A DNA stretch of 64,000 nucleotides from SAR86 cluster bacterium (lineage in GTDB: Bacteria > Pseudomonadota > Gammaproteobacteria > Magnimaribacterales > TMED112), in contig QOPD01000004.1 in the NCBI GenBank assembly GCA_003331605.1, forward strand, positions 1,749-65,748, read 5' to 3'. Below are positions 59,465 through 64,000 of this stretch, one piece after another. Position 1 is the stretch's first letter. The number at the start of each line of letters is the position of its first letter. The position numbers and the translations under genes are program-made. The notes beneath the pieces were generated by a model. The model worked only from the letters and a program-made list of their open reading frames with translations, had not been told where the DNA came from and ran no database searches.

Positions 59465-60223
59465 TTATTGAGCAGATAGCCCGCCATCAATAACAAGCTC
59501 GGTTCCAGTTATCATTTTAGATTCATCGGATGCTAAGAATAGTACAGCATTTGCTATATCTTCTACCTCAGCTAATTTTCTCACAGGAATCTGTTTTTCA
59601 AGCTTACTCAACATATCATTTGAGGTGTCTTTCAGCAGAGCCTCTAAAATCTCAGTCTTAGCAAAAACAGGATGCACACTGTTGCACCTGACAAGATTTG
59701 TGGTTCTAGCGCAGTGCAAAGCCACTGATTTTGAAAGATGTCTTACTGCTGCTTTAGCACTGTTATATGCTGTAAAGTTGTGGCTAGCTACAATTCCTGA
59801 AATAGAGGAGATATTAATAATTGAGCCATTTCCAGAATCTCTCATTAAGGCCAATGCATATTTGCATCCATAGAAAACTGAATCAAGATCTACCTTATGT
59901 ATTAAATCCCAAGCTTCATTGGTGGTTGACTCAACATCCCCCATCCAGCCAATACCAGCGTTGTTTACTAATATATTTAATGCCCCACATTCGTTTTTAA
60001 TTTGGTTGATTACCTCTTCCCAGCGATCTGCTTTTGTAACATCATGCTCAAGAAAGCTGACTCCAAGCTCTCTGGCAACTTCTTGGCCTCCTTCTACATT
60101 GATATCGGAGATATATACTTTTGCTCCATGTTCAGCAAAAATTTGTGCTATCCCTTTTCCAAATCCAGAAGCGCCCCCTGTCACCAATGCAACTTTGCCT
60201 TTAATTCGTTCTGCCATCGCCAT
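59465..60223 (-). CDS. SDR family oxidoreductase (classical, NAD(P)-dependent)
   Basis: GKVALVTGGASGFGKGIAQ, NNAGI and YNSAKAAVRH (YxxxK). The track start at 60235 is TTG. I prefer ATG at 60223 or 60217. Confidence 0.85.
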   Translation of the reverse strand: MAMAERIKGKVALVTGGASGFGKGIAQIFAEHGAKVYISDINVEGGQEVARELGVSFLEHDVTKADRWEEVINQIKNECGALNILVNNAGIGWMGDVESTTNEAWDLIHKVDLDSVFYGCKYALALMRDSGNGSIINISSISGIVASHNFTAYNSAKAAVRHLSKSVALHCARTTNLVRCNSVHPVFAKTEILEALLKDTSNDMLSKLEKQIPVRKLAEVEDIANAVLFLASDESKMITGTELVIDGGLSAQ

Positions 60224-60250
60224 ATAATAAACCAATAGAAGAAATTAAAC

Positions 60251-61366
60251 ATGAAAAGCAAAATCGTCAGCAATCAACCTCAAGGAATTTTGAACTATTC
60301 AGACATAAACCCTAAAGATCAAAATACTATTGAGTGCATAAATGAAATTTTTCACAGCCCATTAAATGCTGCATATTGTTGGGACTATACAGTCGTTGAT
60401 GACAGGATTAAAAAACTTTACGAACTTGGGAAAGAATTAAATTGGAATGTTTCTTCTGACTTGGATTGGAGTGAAAATTTCCCAAAAAATAAATTCATGA
60501 TAAATTCAGAGGTTTTTAAGGCGCCAGAAGTTGAGCTTGCTGGGTATGAAGATCTATCTCATGAAAAGAAGATCGAAATGGACCGTCATAGAGTTTCATG
60601 GAACTTAAGTCAGTTTCTGCATGGAGAACAAGGAGCACTGCTTGTTGCATCCCAGTTGGTGTCTTGTGCTCCAACCTTTAATGCAAAGATGTATGCTGCT
60701 TCGCAAACATTTGATGAAGCACGCCATGTTGAGGGTTTTAATAGATATTTAAAAGAGAAAATTGGCTTTCAGTACCCAGCTACCAAAGGCCTTAAATCAT
60801 TAATGGACAAAATATTAACCGACGAAAGGTGGGACCTTAAGTTTATTGGTATGCAAATAATTATCGAAGGTTTGGCACTTGCAGCTTTCAACAATATGAA
60901 ATTTATCTTAAACGATGGGCTATTAAAACAACTACTACACTATGTCATCAGAGACGAAGCTCGACATGTAACCTTCGGGGTTAATTATCTTGAGGATTAT
61001 CTAAAGTCTCTTTCAAAATCTGAAATTGAAGAAAGAGCAGAGTTTGCCTTTGAAGCATGCTTAGTGATGAGGGGTCGCCTTATATCAGGTGAGGTTGTGG
61101 CCAGATTTCTAGACTACACTCCAGAGGAAGCTGATAAAATTGCCTATGAATCAGAACAGGGTCAAAACTTCAGAACTTTACTATTTACAAAGATCATCCC
61201 CAATCTAAAACGCATTGGTTTGCTGACAGACTCAGTAAAAGAAAAATACGAGCAAATTGGTGTCTTAAGCTACGCAGAGCTTGAAGATAACTTCAATGTC
61301 GACTGGGCAGAAATGTCAAAGCCATACGAAACGCAAAAGGAAATAGAAAAAGCAATTAGCTTATAG
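60251..61366 (+). CDS. ferritin-like di-iron carboxylate protein (AurF / R2 / desaturase-like superfamily), function unknown
   Basis: 371 aa. Two E...DEARH half-sites: GEQGALLVASQ...TFDEARHVEGF and IIIEGLALAAF...VIRDEARHVTFG, which is the classic di-iron four-helix-bundle ligand pattern. Confidence 0.6.
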   Translation: MKSKIVSNQPQGILNYSDINPKDQNTIECINEIFHSPLNAAYCWDYTVVDDRIKKLYELGKELNWNVSSDLDWSENFPKNKFMINSEVFKAPEVELAGYEDLSHEKKIEMDRHRVSWNLSQFLHGEQGALLVASQLVSCAPTFNAKMYAASQTFDEARHVEGFNRYLKEKIGFQYPATKGLKSLMDKILTDERWDLKFIGMQIIIEGLALAAFNNMKFILNDGLLKQLLHYVIRDEARHVTFGVNYLEDYLKSLSKSEIEERAEFAFEACLVMRGRLISGEVVARFLDYTPEEADKIAYESEQGQNFRTLLFTKIIPNLKRIGLLTDSVKEKYEQIGVLSYAELEDNFNVDWAEMSKPYETQKEIEKAISL

Positions 61367-61367
61367 C

Positions 61368-61946
61368 TCAATCAACCCTTTCTGCTTTTAATATTTTTAC
61401 AGATTCAATAGGAACGTCTTGGTAAGGTGGAACCGAAGTTGTTTGTGTTGCTGCAATTTGATCAACCACATCTAACCCTTCGACAACTTTGCCAAAAACA
61501 GCATAGCCCCAACCTTCGTCCACTTGATTTGTTCTAAAATTTAAAAAATCGTTGTTGACATGGTTAATAAAAAACTGTGAAGATGCCGAGTGAGGGTTTG
61601 CAGTTCTTGCCATCGCAATGGTTCCTCTGTCATTTTTTAATCCGTTATTTGCTTCGTTTTGTATTGGGTCTAACTTATTGTCTTTTGCTGACATATCTTC
61701 GTTATGGCCACCGCCTTGAATCATAAAGTTTGAAATTACTCTGTGAAAAATAGTTTCATCATAAAAACCGCTATCGACATAGGACAGAAAATTCTCTGTG
61801 GTGATAGGTGCATTTTCTGAATCCAGCTCAATAACTATTTCACCATATGAGGTATTCAATTTTACTTTTATCATTTTTTCTCCTTGATTCATAAAAAAAA
61901 TTAGTGCGCCCAATAGTAGTAAAGCTACAAAGATAATTTTTTTCAT
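61368..61946 (-). CDS. ppiA: periplasmic peptidyl-prolyl cis-trans isomerase (cyclophilin type)
   Basis: 192 aa. Signal peptide [31 protein letters not shown] and SQFFIN. Confidence 0.92.
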   Translation of the reverse strand: MKKIIFVALLLLGALIFFMNQGEKMIKVKLNTSYGEIVIELDSENAPITTENFLSYVDSGFYDETIFHRVISNFMIQGGGHNEDMSAKDNKLDPIQNEANNGLKNDRGTIAMARTANPHSASSQFFINHVNNDFLNFRTNQVDEGWGYAVFGKVVEGLDVVDQIAATQTTSVPPYQDVPIESVKILKAERVD

Positions 61947-62125
61947 TTCTTTTTATTTCGTATTGCAATTAAATATATCAGTTCTGGAATTCCAAACAAC
62001 TGTATAAGCAAAAAAACAACAAACCACCCCTTATCACCTCTTCGGGCAGCAAACCATAATGCTAAACCCGTAAAGATTACATCAAAAATTACCGCTGGAA
62101 ATAAAAAGTATGGTGAGGTCAACAT
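61943..62125 (-). CDS. small two-TM membrane protein (DUF5652-like)
   Basis: 60 aa. Two hydrophobic helices flanking [10 protein letters not shown]. 4-nt overlap with ppiA. The family name is from memory only. Confidence 0.5.
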   Translation of the reverse strand: MLTSPYFLFPAVIFDVIFTGLALWFAARRGDKGWFVVFLLIQLFGIPELIYLIAIRNKKK

Positions 62126-62133
62126 AATTCAAA

Positions 62134-62913
62134 TTAGTCTAAATTAATTTTACCCTTAAGATAAAGTTTTGCGTCTCCAGTTATATGTACAAAATCGCTA
62201 TCTAACTTACAATCAAGCTTTCCGCCTCTTGGTGAAATCTGAGCTGCTTGCATATGAGTTTTTCCAAGATTTTCAGCCCAATAAGGGGCAAGCAATGCAT
62301 GAGCTGAACCTGTTACTGGGTCCTCATTAACACCTGTTTGTGGCCCAAACCAACGAGATACAAAATCTATATTATTACCTTTTGCACTGACAACAACGCC
62401 TCTTGCATCAATCTCTTTAAGCATTTGAAAATTTGGTTCTAAATTTTTTACAGTGTCTTCCGATTCTAATATGACAAGATAATCATCTATACCTTTATAA
62501 AGCTCATTAACACGAACATTTAAGGCATCTTCAAACAATTGATGGTTATCTACTTTTCTATAGATATCTCTTGGTAGACTTATTTGGATTCCAGTTGCTG
62601 CTTTTAGAGCGACTAAACTTCCTCTTTTAGAGCGAAATGTAACTTCATTTTTTTCAGTATTTATGAAGTTGAAATATATGAAAGCAGATGCAAGAGTTGC
62701 ATGTCCACAAAGGTCCACCTCTATCTCTGGAGTAAAAAATCGTATCTCATTGCTATTGATATCAATAAAAGCTGTTTCAGAAAGATTATTTTCAGCTGCT
62801 ATTTTTTGCATCAACTCATTGGACATAGCTTTTGAGTAAAAAATGACACCAGCAGGATTGCCTCTAAATAATTCCGACGTAAATGAATTTACAAAATAGA
62901 CTTCTTGATTCAT
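62134..62913 (-). CDS. PhzF family isomerase
   Basis: 259 aa. FRGNPAGV N-terminal motif, ETAF, CGHATLA and DPVTGSAH. Confidence 0.85.
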   Translation of the reverse strand: MNQEVYFVNSFTSELFRGNPAGVIFYSKAMSNELMQKIAAENNLSETAFIDINSNEIRFFTPEIEVDLCGHATLASAFIYFNFINTEKNEVTFRSKRGSLVALKAATGIQISLPRDIYRKVDNHQLFEDALNVRVNELYKGIDDYLVILESEDTVKNLEPNFQMLKEIDARGVVVSAKGNNIDFVSRWFGPQTGVNEDPVTGSAHALLAPYWAENLGKTHMQAAQISPRGGKLDCKLDSDFVHITGDAKLYLKGKINLD

Positions 62914-64000
62914 TGAGATTTAAAAACAGTTCCTTCTTTCATCACAAAAGAAACATCTTCGAGAACCCTTATATTCTTAAGAGGATTGGATTTTACTCCT
63001 ACTAAGTCTGCAGCATAACCAAGTTTAATTCTCCCTAAATTGTTATTGCCAATTAATTCTGAGCTAGTAATTGTCGCAGCCTGAATTGCCTGTAAGGGTG
63101 ACATTCCCCATTCAACCATATAAGCAAACTGCTTAGCATTGTCGCCATGCTTATATATTCCTGCATCGGTTCCAAAAGTGATTTTTGCACCCAGTTCAAC
63201 TGCCTTTTTAAAATTTTTTCTTTGTTCCAAGCCAACTTTTTTTTCTTTTTCAAGAGACTCTTCTAAGATTCCTTTTTTTGCTCCTTCACCGAGGATGTAG
63301 TCGGAAACATAGATATCCATAGAAAGAAATGCTCCATTCTGAATTGCCAAAAATGTAACTTCTTCATTGATAAAGCTGGAATGCTCAATGGAGTCAACGC
63401 CAGCCAATAGCGCTGTCTTTATCCCCTCAAGCCCATGCGCATGAGCTGCAACTTTCATTCCATGATTGTGCGCTTCATCCACTATCGCTTTCATTTCCTC
63501 GTATGTAAATTGTTTTGCATCAACATCGGTATTTTTAGACATCACGCCACCAGTGGCACAAAATTTTATTAAATCAGCTCCAAACTTCCTGTTTTCTCTA
63601 ACCTTCTGTCTTGCTTGCCATGGTGAGTCAACAACACCTTGATTTGGCCTTGACCTTTCATAAGGCATAAGGTTGTTATCGCAATGTCCACCTGTAATGC
63701 CTAGGGGGGGTCCTGAAACATACATTCTTGGACCTACAATAACACCTCTATTGATAGCTCTTTTCAGAGCAACATCGGTGTAATTGCCTGCTCCAACATT
63801 TCTAACTGTTGTAAAGCCAGCTAGCAAAGTTGCTTCAGCATTTTTAACTCCATACAAAGTTGCAAGATATGAAGATTCTCCTACTGATTCATAACCGTTT
63901 AATTCATTATTACCAATCAAATGCACATGAGTATCAATTAAACCTGGCATTAGGATGGTGTTTGGTAGCAATAAGACTTCTACTCCCTTTGAAGAAAGGT
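62910..64000 (-). CDS. amidohydrolase family protein (COG1228-type), N-terminus beyond window edge
   Basis: PGLIDTHVHL metal motif, KVAAHAHG, IEHS and FGTDAG. The track M at 63971 is a TTG, and the frame stays open to position 64000 (..SSKGVEVLL LPNTIL), so the gene continues upstream. Confidence 0.85.
   Translation of the reverse strand, partial: LSSKGVEVLLLPNTILMPGLIDTHVHLIGNNELNGYESVGESSYLATLYGVKNAEATLLAGFTTVRNVGAGNYTDVALKRAINRGVIVGPRMYVSGPPLGITGGHCDNNLMPYERSRPNQGVVDSPWQARQKVRENRKFGADLIKFCATGGVMSKNTDVDAKQFTYEEMKAIVDEAHNHGMKVAAHAHGLEGIKTALLAGVDSIEHSSFINEEVTFLAIQNGAFLSMDIYVSDYILGEGAKKGILEESLEKEKKVGLEQRKNFKKAVELGAKITFGTDAGIYKHGDNAKQFAYMVEWGMSPLQAIQAATITSSELIGNNNLGRIKLGYAADLVGVKSNPLKNIRVLEDVSFVMKEGTVFKSQ

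Noticed and set aside
1-64000. tRNA, rRNA, tmRNA, riboswitches, CRISPR arrays, IS elements and long direct or inverted repeats.
   Set aside because: No intergenic gap exceeds 130 nt. The only GTTCGAAT-like string (about 19922) is inside scpA and lacks tRNA context. I saw no repeat-spacer periodicity or terminal inverted repeats. This was a reading by eye, so tRNAscan, Infernal and repeat finders should confirm it.

Overview
This is an AT-rich chromosomal segment (roughly one-third G+C by eye, not computed) with very high gene density. I count 67 protein-coding genes, two of them cut by the window edges. I found no rRNA, tRNA, CRISPR array, IS element, integrase or phage module.

Using the ORF-track boundaries, only about 725 nt (about 1.1%) lies outside an ORF. 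About 35 same-strand neighbours overlap by 1-41 nt, and five convergent pairs overlap at their stop codons.

The content is almost entirely housekeeping:
- Translation: rplT, rpmI, infC, rpsA.
- Aromatic amino acid genes: aroA, tyrA, a chorismate mutase, a DAHP synthase, aroK, aroB.
- Replication and repair: gyrA, serC, uvrC, nth.
- Energy and central metabolism: pntAA/AB/B, pgi.
- Isoprenoid and riboflavin blocks: xseB-ispA-dxs and glyA-nrdR-ribD-ribB-ribH-nusB.
- Envelope and others: miaA-hflK-hflC-purA, waaA/lpxL, ponA, hemE, an RND efflux pair and one large TonB-dependent receptor.

Gene order follows Pseudomonas-type gammaproteobacterial synteny blocks. Several genes expected inside those blocks are missing at these positions: hfq-hflX, hisC, the prephenate dehydratase domain, ribE, pilMNOPQ and the sixth S1 domain. 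This fits a streamlined marine gammaproteobacterium. SAR86-like is only a guess from composition, the receptor and the compaction.

I see no convincing defence island or mobile accessory region. The best candidate for an uncharacterised system is a three-gene cassette translationally coupled to ilvE and facing the waaA/lpxL lipid A genes. It encodes a GT4 glycosyltransferase, a SAM methyltransferase and an (alpha/alpha)6-toroid protein.

Smaller items worth a second look:
- An intrinsic terminator whose 3' arm is also the Shine-Dalgarno of the next gene.
- An Ala-rich, Cys-containing insert in the TonB-dependent receptor.
- A membrane-anchored His/Met-rich acidic orphan protein.
- A tandem-repeat DnaT-like protein.
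- A RibBX-type RibB fusion with a degenerate cyclohydrolase domain.
- A divergent SDR / di-iron protein pair beside tesB.

All family assignments come from reading motifs by eye. No database search was run.
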